Source: an uncultured archaeon
GTDB taxonomy: Archaea; Asgardarchaeota; Lokiarchaeia; Sigyniarchaeales; Promethearchaeaceae
Reading direction: 5' to 3'
Assembly: GCA_964426185.1 (NCBI GenBank)
Contig: CAYRPF010000053.1
Coordinates: 1-23,711 of the forward strand
Length of the DNA stretch: 23,711 bases
Program-made: the position numbers and the translations under genes
Notes under the pieces: generated by a model
What the model saw: the letters and a program-made list of their open reading frames with translations, nothing else
Databases searched by the model: none
Told to the model about the DNA's origin: nothing
Shown: positions 1-8,532 of the stretch, piece by piece
Numbering within the stretch: the first letter of the stretch is position 1
Layout of the letters: every line of letters begins with the position of its first letter

Positions 1-112
1 CATTTTTTCCAATTTCGATTAGGTTCAAATAAACTCATGATTAACTAGCTAATGTTTACCCCCTAATAAAATATTTTAGATAGAAGAGAAATAACTTATA
101 AATTATTCTTTT

Positions 113-877
113 TTGGAAACAATTCAACAGGAGAAATACAAGATTATGATAAATGTGGCTCTATGGGTTGTGTGGGGATTATCGCTGTTGATATCTACTG
201 TGTTTATGTCAGCATACATTCGGAAAGTTCATAAAACCGAAGGAATCATTGCGGTTTATGTCATTTATTTAGCATTAAGTCAAATTTTAGCCTTAAAAAT
301 TGTAAAAATTGGCGCATGGGAACCTCCCGCAGGAGTACTCACATTCCCCTTTTTATTTCAACTTACTGATACTATGAATGAACACTTTGGCCAAAAAGAA
401 ACCCATAAAATGATTCTTATTGCCTTTGTAACTCAAATACTGATGGTGATGTTCATTTATTTTTCCAACGAGTTACCTGCTGGAGATTCATGGTGGGTGG
501 ATCCAAATGCTTGGACTGCCATATTTCAGCAACAAACCGCCATAGTCGCTGCTTCATGGATTACTTTCCTGCTGACGAACAATTTAGATGCTGTTGTCTA
601 TACATGGGTAAAAAAAATTACTAAAGGGAAATATCTTTGGGTAAGGAGCGTTTTCTCTGACGTGCCCATGTTAATGCTCGATTCAGCATTGTTTATAATT
701 TTGGGCTTCGGATTGTTCCAAGGTCTCTGGTTTTTAGTATGGGACCTAATTGTTGCCCAAACCATCACAAAATGGATTTTTGGAGTGGTCGACACACCTT
801 TTATTTATCTGGATCGATGGATTGTTAATTCACCCAAATTGGTGGGGATTTTTAAAGAGAATATCGATGATAGTTAG
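113..877 (+). CDS. yhhQ: Queuosine/7-deazaguanine precursor transporter, YhhQ/VUT family (COG1738)
   Basis: Multi-TM protein with family-type motifs 'LSQILALKIV', 'PAGVLTFPFLFQLTDTMNEHFG', 'AASWITFLLTNNLD', 'LWVRSVFSD', 'LDSALF' and 'KWIFGVVDTPFIY'. The start may be TTG113 or a nearby ATG. Confidence 0.85.
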   Translation: METIQQEKYKIMINVALWVVWGLSLLISTVFMSAYIRKVHKTEGIIAVYVIYLALSQILALKIVKIGAWEPPAGVLTFPFLFQLTDTMNEHFGQKETHKMILIAFVTQILMVMFIYFSNELPAGDSWWVDPNAWTAIFQQQTAIVAASWITFLLTNNLDAVVYTWVKKITKGKYLWVRSVFSDVPMLMLDSALFIILGFGLFQGLWFLVWDLIVAQTITKWIFGVVDTPFIYLDRWIVNSPKLVGIFKENIDDS

Positions 878-900
878 TTCCCATAGTTTACACTATTTCA

Positions 901-2805
901 TCAAAATGCTTTCAATTTATGCTTTTTATGAGAAACTATAAGGATCGCCCCAAATAATAGTGAGATTGAAAATATCTCAATGTTAAAACCTGAAATTAGA
1001 GGGAAGGTATCTGAATCAATGGGTTCTTCAGAAGTGGATGAAGTAGAATTTGAGTTATTTGCATCATCAGTATTAGTTATATCATCAGTATCATTAAAAT
1101 CATCTTCTTCATCTGTACCTGAATTCGGAATATCCGTATAATCATTTACTATAATTGTTAAATTTCGACTAATTTCATTACCACTGCTATCATTGACATG
1201 CAAAATTAGATATTGCCTTCCTGGAGTCAAAGATGAACTATTTATTAAGATTCCCACGGAGTTTTCCCTAATCATTGTAAACATTGTCGAATTAGAGACC
1301 CAATATTGATCGATTGCAACATTATCTGTGGCCAATACTTCATATTCAAATGATTCATTGTTATAGATTTCAATTTCCATAAATTCAGGAGAAATACCTT
1401 GAGGTAAAATCCATGAAGGAAAAATTGAATCTAAGATCTGAATTTCAAGAATACTGCTATTTATATTACCAGCCATGTCCCAAACACTCACGTTTAACCA
1501 AAACTTACCAACTTCAAGAGCAGAATGATTCGTTAAGGTTCCTTTGGAATCGATCGCAAAAATCGAACTATCATTGAGTGCATAATTTTTCACGAAATAT
1601 TCATCTTGTGCAGTTAGCTTTATTAACAAGGGATCTTGTATGTGCAATGTAAGTTTAGTGGGGAAACTAATCCATTTTGGGGCCGTTGTATCTTCAAAAG
1701 AAGGAGGATATACTTGAATTGAAATATTTCTGCGAAATTGACTCTCTTCTTGTGTAAAGAAGGTGATTTGAAGTGTGTAATTTCCAGGATCTGTGAAAAA
1801 ATAAGAGAGATTCAATTCGATTGGACCTTCATTCACGAAATTGTTCATTTCTACTATTTGTGAAGTATTTAATTCTTTAATTTCATATCGCCATGGAGTG
1901 AAATTTGAAAATGAAGGAATCCAATAGGCAATCTTTCCCAAATCCATGTGGAATTTTAGAATATCTGGGGCATCGATAGCAAAGTAGGATTCAATTGGCG
2001 TATCAAGCACAGTATAGTAGAAATAGTAAGCGAAAACGTCACTTTCTTTTGTGTTAAAAATCATTACAAATTCATACTCACCTGCTGTTGAGAGAAGTGT
2101 ACCCATATCAAAAGAAATTAAGTTTCCGTTGACAAAAGTTCCATTTAGTAGAAAATCTTCCTGGTTTGTGAGATATAACTCCCAACTCAGAGGTGTATAA
2201 CCATTGTAATACGGTATGAATTCCATCACTGAACTTTGATTGAGTAAGATTTCTGTTTGTAGTCGATAATTATTAACAATGAAATCTGGGTCTCCCAGTC
2301 GTGACTTAACATCTACACTAAGTGAATGAGAGTATTCATGTTTATTTGTCGAATAATTCATTTGCAAGTAGTAAAATCCTTCAAGGGTCAAATTGAGTGC
2401 TAAGTTAATGTAGATCGTAGTTGCATTCTGAAAAGTCCCGTTAAGAATCCGGGTGTGGTTGGATTCATAATAGAGATCCCAACGATCGGAGGTTTCTCCT
2501 GCGAAATAAGGGGTGCTATTCCACCAGCATTCATATCCCAATCGAAAAGACGTTTGAAATGGTTGATCAATCCAGAAATAATGAGGATCTTGAATACCTT
2601 GGGAAATTATGGAGAACGTATCCCTTGCGCCATCATTTTCAACAAATTGGTGATCATGATCCCAATTTTCTGTATCTTGAAACCCTTCTGTATCTCCATC
2701 ATTTTCACTAATTTGGGGGAATAACTCAATATTTTCTAAGTTGTTGGTGATATTTATCATCAAAAATAGAACTATTACGGTGGTAACCAATGTTTTGTTT
2801 TGCAT
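901..2805 (-). CDS. Secreted, membrane-anchored surface glycoprotein with Ig-like and cadherin-like repeats and a Loki-CTERM-like tail
   Basis: N-terminal hydrophobic signal; three ~100-aa beta-rich repeats; two 'D..P.W...D..GN' repeats; many N-x-S/T sequons; D/N/S/T-rich linker; then 'ISGFN' + TM helix + basic tail (HKKHKLK). Confidence 0.75.
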   Translation of the reverse strand: MQNKTLVTTVIVLFLMINITNNLENIELFPQISENDGDTEGFQDTENWDHDHQFVENDGARDTFSIISQGIQDPHYFWIDQPFQTSFRLGYECWWNSTPYFAGETSDRWDLYYESNHTRILNGTFQNATTIYINLALNLTLEGFYYLQMNYSTNKHEYSHSLSVDVKSRLGDPDFIVNNYRLQTEILLNQSSVMEFIPYYNGYTPLSWELYLTNQEDFLLNGTFVNGNLISFDMGTLLSTAGEYEFVMIFNTKESDVFAYYFYYTVLDTPIESYFAIDAPDILKFHMDLGKIAYWIPSFSNFTPWRYEIKELNTSQIVEMNNFVNEGPIELNLSYFFTDPGNYTLQITFFTQEESQFRRNISIQVYPPSFEDTTAPKWISFPTKLTLHIQDPLLIKLTAQDEYFVKNYALNDSSIFAIDSKGTLTNHSALEVGKFWLNVSVWDMAGNINSSILEIQILDSIFPSWILPQGISPEFMEIEIYNNESFEYEVLATDNVAIDQYWVSNSTMFTMIRENSVGILINSSSLTPGRQYLILHVNDSSGNEISRNLTIIVNDYTDIPNSGTDEEDDFNDTDDITNTDDANNSNSTSSTSEEPIDSDTFPLISGFNIEIFSISLLFGAILIVSHKKHKLKAF

Positions 2806-2807
2806 TA

Positions 2808-2837
2808 AATGATTAAAAAATCAATGATTAAAAAATC
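2808..2837. repeat. Exact 15-bp tandem repeat (AATGATTAAAAAATC x2) in a divergent promoter region
   Basis: 2808-2822 is identical to 2823-2837. Each unit contains the palindrome GATT-N4-AATC. Confidence 0.8.
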
Positions 2838-2905
2838 TGTGGACAACTCGCAGAAATCACAATTTTCATTAAAGAGGATTCATTTTGAAAAAGGATGCAT
2901 TTCGT

Positions 2906-3685
2906 ATGAATAAATTACATGAAATTTTAACTCGATTCCAACAGGGAGAATTGTCCAAAAATGAAGTAGAACGTTTACTAAAAATGGATTACATTGAAAA
3001 TTTGGATGAACACGCTCAACTTGATTTACAACGTCGACATCGGACAGGAATCCCTGAAGTTATTCTTGCAGAAACCAAGGAACTTTCTACTCTCTTGAAA
3101 ATCACCCAAAAGATGTTAGAGCGCACCGAATATGCATTAATTAGCCGAGTTACTCCAACACAATTCGAAGAATTTGATAAAATTTATTCAAATTCATCCG
3201 ATTACTCCTATCACAAGAATCCTCAAGGAAGAGTAATTTTCATAACCAAGAAAGGTCTTAAACAAGAAACTCATCAAGGTAGAGTGGGAATAATAACGGC
3301 GGGATCCTCGGATATTCCTGTTGCAGAAGAAGCGCGCATGGTTTTGGAATTCATGGGATTTAAGTTCACAATCGCTTATGACGTTGGTATCGCGGGGATG
3401 CATCGTATTTTTCCTCCTATTCGTGAAATGCTCGAACAAAATGTTGATGTGATTATTGTTGTTGCAGGAATGGAGGGAACTCTTCCTGGAGTTGTATCTT
3501 CCTTAGTTGACGTTCCTGTAATTGGTGTACCTACTTCTACTGGATACGGTTTAGGTGAAAAAGGGATTGGAGCGCTAACGACAATGTTACAATCGTGTTC
3601 TCCAGGGCTCGCAGTTGTTAATATTGATAATGGTTTTGGTGCAGCTTCCATCGCAGCTTTGATATTAAAACGAATTTACCCTTAA
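2906..3685 (+). CDS. larB: Nickel-pincer cofactor biosynthesis protein LarB (PurE/AIR-carboxylase-like)
   Basis: Motifs 'LDLQRRHRTGIPEVILAETK', 'TAGSSDIPVAEEA', 'DVGIAGMHR', 'VAGMEGTLPGVV', 'VIGVPTSTGYG' and 'SCSPGLAVVNIDNGFGAA'. ATG2906 is preferred over TTG2885. Confidence 0.92.
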   Translation: MNKLHEILTRFQQGELSKNEVERLLKMDYIENLDEHAQLDLQRRHRTGIPEVILAETKELSTLLKITQKMLERTEYALISRVTPTQFEEFDKIYSNSSDYSYHKNPQGRVIFITKKGLKQETHQGRVGIITAGSSDIPVAEEARMVLEFMGFKFTIAYDVGIAGMHRIFPPIREMLEQNVDVIIVVAGMEGTLPGVVSSLVDVPVIGVPTSTGYGLGEKGIGALTTMLQSCSPGLAVVNIDNGFGAASIAALILKRIYP

Positions 3686-3724
3686 AAATCGCTTTGTGGA
3701 TTTGGACACAAGGGAATTCAATAA

Positions 3725-3762
3725 CCCTCAGGAAAAATGTAAAGTAAAGGAAAAAAAATTAA
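3725..3762 (-). terminator. Probable T-rich archaeal terminator of the histone pair
   Basis: The minus strand reads TTTTTTTTCCTTTACTTTACATTTTTCC just after the histone stop, in the gap convergent with larB. Confidence 0.45.
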
Positions 3763-3772
3763 AATCACTCGC

Positions 3773-3982
3773 TTAAAGCAATTCTAACGCCAATTTAATA
3801 TCGTCAGCAATTAATTTCTTACGACCACTATGACGAGTCATTTCCAAAGCTTTATTGGTGATCTTCTTCGCTTCTTTTTCTAAAAATTCGATCATACGAT
3901 CGACGGCATCCTTTGAGACCATTTCAGCACCGCTTTCTTTCATTAATTCTCGAATGGGTGACCATGCAAATATTTTTGCCAT
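3773..3982 (-). CDS. Archaeal histone (HMf/HTk-type), copy 2
   Basis: 69 aa histone fold: 'SPIRELMKESGAEMVSKDA...TRHSGRKKLIADDIKLA'. No tails; purine-rich RBS upstream. Confidence 0.95.
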   Translation of the reverse strand: MAKIFAWSPIRELMKESGAEMVSKDAVDRMIEFLEKEAKKITNKALEMTRHSGRKKLIADDIKLALELL

Positions 3983-4008
3983 TTCTCTTCTCTCTCCTTA
4001 AGGAAACC

Positions 4009-4218
4009 TTATTCCATTAATTCCAAAGCCATTTCCATGTCGGCCTTGGTTAATTTCTTACGACCACTATGACGGGTCATTTCTAAAGCCTTGTTTGTCA
4101 ATGCTTTGGCATATTTTTCCAAGTAGCTGATGAGTTCGTCTACAGCATCCTTGGACACCATTTCTGCGCCTGATTCTTTCATCAATTCTCTTATCGGGCT
4201 CCATGCAAATACTTTCAT
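4009..4218 (-). CDS. Archaeal histone (HMf/HTk-type), copy 1
   Basis: 69 aa close paralog of the downstream histone. GGAGG SD at 4233-4229, 10 nt before the ATG. Confidence 0.95.
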   Translation of the reverse strand: MKVFAWSPIRELMKESGAEMVSKDAVDELISYLEKYAKALTNKALEMTRHSGRKKLTKADMEMALELME

Positions 4219-4237
4219 TTTGATTAATCCTCCGTTG

Positions 4238-4300
4238 AAGTATCAACCTGGTGTCACTATACCGTTAAGATGGTCTTGAAGTGACATTGGGTTAGTACTT
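4238..4300 (-). promoter_or_regulatory. Long imperfect stem-loop in the predicted 5' UTR of the histone operon
   Basis: Nested helices AAGUA/UACUU, AACC/GGUU, UGUCACU/AGUGACA and ACC/GGU lie between the predicted TSS (~4300) and the SD. Confidence 0.6.
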
Positions 4301-4325
4301 ACTAATTTTAATATAGCGTAATGGA

Positions 4326-4333
4326 TATATAAA
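4326..4333 (-). promoter_or_regulatory. TATA box of the histone operon
   Basis: TTTATATA on the minus strand, implying a TSS near 4300. Confidence 0.6.
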
Positions 4334-4573
4334 TGTTTGGCATTTCGGTAAAACTTTGTGCCGATCGGGATGATTGGGATGAAAGATTTTTCGACAAAAA
4401 GGATCTGACTAAGATGCTATCGTGCGAAGTTTTAACGGGTTGGAGAAAAATTTAGGGTTTTTTGAGAGATTTCGGATCCGAACGGGTATTTTTTGGTGAA
4501 AAGTTTAAAAATAGGGTTCAGTTTTGTTTTAAAAATGCATAGATAAAGGAAATATTCATATTTGGTTAAAATT

Positions 4574-5392
4574 TCAAGCAAAAAACTGATTTATATTCTG
4601 GAAATTGTGTTTTTCTTTAGGCGGATAATACAAGCCAATAATTACCCAAGTTCCGAATTGAGCAGTGGTGCCGACAATGAAGTGTAGGTTTCGCTTTTTC
4701 ATATATTTATCAAACTTTTTAATTAATTTTTCTTCCAATTCATCTGGATCTTTATACTTTCTACTCCAATTGCGATAAGCTTCCAACATTTCCCAATCTA
4801 CACAAATCATATCATGACCATTACAGCGAGTATCATCACACCAGAATTTATAGGAAAAAATCTTTTCAATTTGATCTGGGATTATCATTTTTTTACCATT
4901 GAGATTTTTTTGGATTGTTTTTGATTTGATCACTTCTAACTCATTTATTCTCTTTCGCAGCTGAAATTTGAATTTCTTAGGCTTTATAATTCCGAGGGAT
5001 GTACTATATTTGGATTGGAGTTCTTTTAATTCTTCTATTGATTTATTCAATAATGGAGCTATTAATTTATTTCTTTGCTCCCAAATTTTCTTCTTTTGAT
5101 GATTAGAGGTTCCTATTTTTGCTAGCGAGTCATCTAGAAGTTTAATCGATTTTTCTTTTATCTTAAAGCTCTCTTTACGAAATATTTTTTCCCTTGCTTT
5201 GGATACCTCGCTTTCAATTAAATTCCATTTCTTTAATACCTCTCGATTTAAGGAATAGTAGTTAAGATCAATTGGATATATCCTTATCCATTTTCCATCA
5301 GTTGTGATACCTGCCGAACAAATGGAAGATCCATATTTTTTACTCTTTTCAGGATATGCTTTAACTAATATGTATATTTTTTTTTGCACCAT
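4574..5392 (-). CDS. Conserved partner of DUF488 proteins (possible OB-fold nucleic-acid-binding protein, Cys/His cluster)
   Basis: N-terminal 'ILVKAYPEKSKKYGSSICSAGITTDGKWIRIYPI', 'SLGIIKP', 'YKFWCDDTRCNGHDMICVDWE' and 'FIVGT..W.IIGLYYPP'. Translationally coupled (TAATG) to the DUF488 gene. Confidence 0.6.
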   Translation of the reverse strand: MVQKKIYILVKAYPEKSKKYGSSICSAGITTDGKWIRIYPIDLNYYSLNREVLKKWNLIESEVSKAREKIFRKESFKIKEKSIKLLDDSLAKIGTSNHQKKKIWEQRNKLIAPLLNKSIEELKELQSKYSTSLGIIKPKKFKFQLRKRINELEVIKSKTIQKNLNGKKMIIPDQIEKIFSYKFWCDDTRCNGHDMICVDWEMLEAYRNWSRKYKDPDELEEKLIKKFDKYMKKRNLHFIVGTTAQFGTWVIIGLYYPPKEKHNFQNINQFFA

Positions 5393-6288
5393 TATATCGA
5401 AATCACTTGAAAATTCCTTTCTTTCAATACCTCTCCAATTTGACCTCTATGGCAATAGTTGGGGTCTCTCTCAAAACACATCAATGCTATTCTTTTTCTT
5501 TTTCCGAGATTTATTACTTTTTCTAAATAATCTCCCTTATTCATTAATTCTTTTCGGTAATTTAAGAATAATATTTCGTAATCATTTTTTGTTTTTAGGT
5601 CTTTTCTATCTTCATTTTTTATACCTAACTCCGGAATATGAATATAATAGATTCCAAATTTTTCGATAAAATTCTTGATCCGAGGACCGCTAAAATCAAA
5701 TTTCATAGATCGCGGGCTGGCCCGAATATCTACGAGAATTTCGATATTATTTATAATTAATTCTTTTAGAAATTCATCAATATCTTTTCCTTCATAACCT
5801 ATAAGAAAAAATCCAGGCTCTTTGCCTCGTTCAAACGGTTTTGGTATATTTCTTCTTTCAGAAATACATGTATATTCTGGATATTCACGATAAATATAAT
5901 CAATTAGCTGTTCTAAAGAAGAATATTTCTCTAGAACATTTTTTATAAACGTTTTTATTTCCAATGGAAAATAAATCTCCATTTTCCCACTTTTTGTCAA
6001 TTGAATAGATGATTTTTTGTTGGGATTGGTTGTCATACTTTGAAATAGGTTCTTTTCAAATTGATTTGAGGTAATTAATTTCAATTTTTCTAAAATTGCA
6101 AGATCTTGATATAACTTTGCAGAAAATGGACCAAATTTATATGGATGAAAATGGTAATGGGCAAATTTTAATGGAATTTCCTTTGAAATAAGGAACATAG
6201 ACTTAACCAAAGTTAAACGATCTAAGCTTTTAATGCTAATTAGAAAATCTATCAGTCCCAATAATAATCTTTGTCTCCGATAAATCAT
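5392..6288 (-). CDS. DUF488 family protein with N-terminal SocA/Panacea-like winged-helix domain
   Basis: C-terminal half has 'IGYEG', 'LVDIRASPRS', 'YIHIPELG' and 'ALMCFERDPNYCHR' (DUF488 signature). N-terminal half has 'LVKSMFL', 'YHFHPYKFGPFSAKLYQDL'. Confidence 0.85.
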   Translation of the reverse strand: MIYRRQRLLLGLIDFLISIKSLDRLTLVKSMFLISKEIPLKFAHYHFHPYKFGPFSAKLYQDLAILEKLKLITSNQFEKNLFQSMTTNPNKKSSIQLTKSGKMEIYFPLEIKTFIKNVLEKYSSLEQLIDYIYREYPEYTCISERRNIPKPFERGKEPGFFLIGYEGKDIDEFLKELIINNIEILVDIRASPRSMKFDFSGPRIKNFIEKFGIYYIHIPELGIKNEDRKDLKTKNDYEILFLNYRKELMNKGDYLEKVINLGKRKRIALMCFERDPNYCHRGQIGEVLKERNFQVISI

Positions 6289-6570
6289 TTTTTTCCCTGT
6301 TATTCTGTTTAAATGTATATTCCCACTAATATATTTTCTTCGCTTAAATTAATAACAAAGCAATGATTATATTAATTTCTAGATAACCATTTTTTCCTTC
6401 TTTTCCCATAGTTGATGAACTCCACCACAGTCATCCCATTACTCCCAATCTCAGATCTTATACCACACTATGTCATAGTCAACAAATCACTATTTTGTGG
6501 TTTGATAGTTTTATGTATTTCATTGTTCTTAAAAGGCAAACTCGAAGATATTTTAAGTAATCACGCTGAT

Positions 6571-7284
6571 TCAAAATCGTCGTAGCCCACTGTGTCCCGT
6601 AGCCATAAATTGAATGGGGTGATCCACCAATATTTTCTTGATTCGGGCGATTGACTCCCGTTGTTGAGTATTATTCATATTTATGAAAAGCATAAATGGA
6701 ATAATTCCCCCGTTTGGTAGCAACCGCAACGTGTCTCCGGTGAATAAAACACACTCGTTGATAATATAACAAGTATGCCCCAAGGTATGCCCCGGAGTGA
6801 ATATTGGCTGAATCACAATATCCTCCACTATTATGGGTGTATCATTCGCAAAGGTGATAAAATCCTGCCTGAGAATGGTATTATATTTTTTACTCCCGAA
6901 GCGGGCGGTTTTTCCGGTTATCAGCGCTGTTTCCTTTTGATGTAGGTGAATTTTTGCGTTCGGAAAAGCTGAAACGTTTCCCACGTGATCGTAATCTGAA
7001 TGGGTGAGAAAAACGTGCTTCACACTATCGGGTGTAACACCTAACGATTTCAAAGCCTTGACAGTGTGCGGACCAATGCCGGTATCAATCATAACGGTGG
7101 TGTTAGGGGTTTGAATTACATAGCTATTAACCATACTATCTTTTAGCGCGTACATTGTTATATTCTGCTGATTGTTGAAAATCAAGCCTGTTTTAACCGG
7201 CCGGAAAGTTAGGTAGTACCAGATCAAAATACTGAGCGCCGTGGCGGAAAAAATGACCAACAATACAATTAAAAGCGGATGCAT
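6571..7284 (-). CDS. Metallo-beta-lactamase fold hydrolase with N-terminal membrane anchor
   Basis: Motifs 'IDTG', 'LTHSDYDHVG', 'TPGHTLGH', 'FTGD' and 'TGH'; N-terminal TM helix. Confidence 0.9.
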   Translation of the reverse strand: MHPLLIVLLVIFSATALSILIWYYLTFRPVKTGLIFNNQQNITMYALKDSMVNSYVIQTPNTTVMIDTGIGPHTVKALKSLGVTPDSVKHVFLTHSDYDHVGNVSAFPNAKIHLHQKETALITGKTARFGSKKYNTILRQDFITFANDTPIIVEDIVIQPIFTPGHTLGHTCYIINECVLFTGDTLRLLPNGGIIPFMLFINMNNTQQRESIARIKKILVDHPIQFMATGHSGLRRF

Positions 7285-7370
7285 AATTCAATAAATAATT
7301 GAAGCAACTTACCAATTAACCTTTCCCTTCGATAATCCCTTAATTCAAATGGGTTAAAGGCTTATTAAAT

Positions 7371-8495
7371 ATGGGAACCAACTGTTTAGGAATAAAAAGA
7401 ACTATGCCCGATTCAAAACTTTCTGAAACATCTCAGACACCCCAGACCCCCCCACTGGAAATTGCCAATCAAACAGTATATTTTCAATCATCCGAGCACA
7501 TGGATATCCCTGATGAATCTGTGACTTTGGTGGTTACATCTCCCCCCTATTGGAACGTGAGAGATTACGGTGGCGATCAGATTGGATATGGTCAGAGTTA
7601 TCGGGATTATATTGCTGCATTAAATAGGGTTTGGAAAGAATGTCTCCGGATTTTACAGCCGAATGGGAAGATTTGCATTAATGTTCAGCCGTTGCCTATC
7701 TCGGCCGATAAATCGGGATTCAATTTTCGTGTAATTCAAAATATAATGTACGATATTGAGGCATTTTTCTGCAGTCACCATTGTTTTCTCAGCGGTATGC
7801 ATTATTGGGATAAATCTGCCTATATTAACACCGTTTCTTGGGGTTCATATCCTCGTCCGACCAACATTGCTTCAAATACTTCTTTCGAGCAGATATTCAC
7901 TTTTGTAAAGGTGGGAAAAACCCGAAAAGTTCCGAAAGATATAATGGAACAAAGTCTGTTAAAAAAGGAAGAATGGCGTCATTGGGCAGTTCGCTGTATT
8001 TGGGATGATATTACTCCCGTGATTAAAATTAACTCAAAGGGAGAGAACCATTTCGGTCACAGTGCACCATTTCCTGAGGATATTCCCTATCGTTTAATTC
8101 GAATGCATTCAGCGATAGGAGAAACGGTAGTTGATCCATTTTTGGGCTCGGGAACTACTTTAAAGATCGCCAGACTGTTGGGTCGCCGCGGTATTGGATT
8201 TGAAATTAATAATTCTTATCGAAAAATTATCCAAGAGCGGATTATGGAGGAATGGATCCCACCCAAGATAGAATCAGGTTATAAAACTTTTGGATTTAAT
8301 TCACTTGCCACCGTGATACAGGAGGCAATTAATCTGGGAATTGAGAAGGGAAAAACTGCGCCTGTTTCTGAAATATCAGATCAGGTTTTCGAAAAAATTT
8401 TACAAAGCATGGTCAAAAAAGGGCTCCTAACGTCCCATCAAAAGAAAAAAATGTGCGAAATTTGGCGAAATCATCCCAATCTCACGGAATTTTAG
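7371..8495 (+). CDS. Site-specific DNA methyltransferase (N4-C/N6-A, beta class), orphan
   Basis: Catalytic motif 'VTSPPY' precedes 'HSAPFP' and the SAM-binding 'VVDPFLGSGTT'; ~80-aa C-terminal extension. The start may be the downstream ATG (MPDSK). Confidence 0.9.
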   Translation: MGTNCLGIKRTMPDSKLSETSQTPQTPPLEIANQTVYFQSSEHMDIPDESVTLVVTSPPYWNVRDYGGDQIGYGQSYRDYIAALNRVWKECLRILQPNGKICINVQPLPISADKSGFNFRVIQNIMYDIEAFFCSHHCFLSGMHYWDKSAYINTVSWGSYPRPTNIASNTSFEQIFTFVKVGKTRKVPKDIMEQSLLKKEEWRHWAVRCIWDDITPVIKINSKGENHFGHSAPFPEDIPYRLIRMHSAIGETVVDPFLGSGTTLKIARLLGRRGIGFEINNSYRKIIQERIMEEWIPPKIESGYKTFGFNSLATVIQEAINLGIEKGKTAPVSEISDQVFEKILQSMVKKGLLTSHQKKKMCEIWRNHPNLTEF

Positions 8496-8532
8496 AAGAA
8501 CAATCTCTGATTTCTCTGTATAACTGTGAGAA

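Noticed and set aside
4363-6450. Imperfect 20-bp inverted match (16/20; 4363-4382 versus 6431-6450) flanking the DUF488 module, as possible terminal inverted repeats
   Set aside because: The match is weak enough to arise by chance, and no transposase or target-site duplication is seen.
6461-6472. Roughly 12-bp reverse-complement match (ATAGTGTGGTAT) between this intergenic region and ~22523-22534
   Set aside because: Too short and does not extend convincingly.
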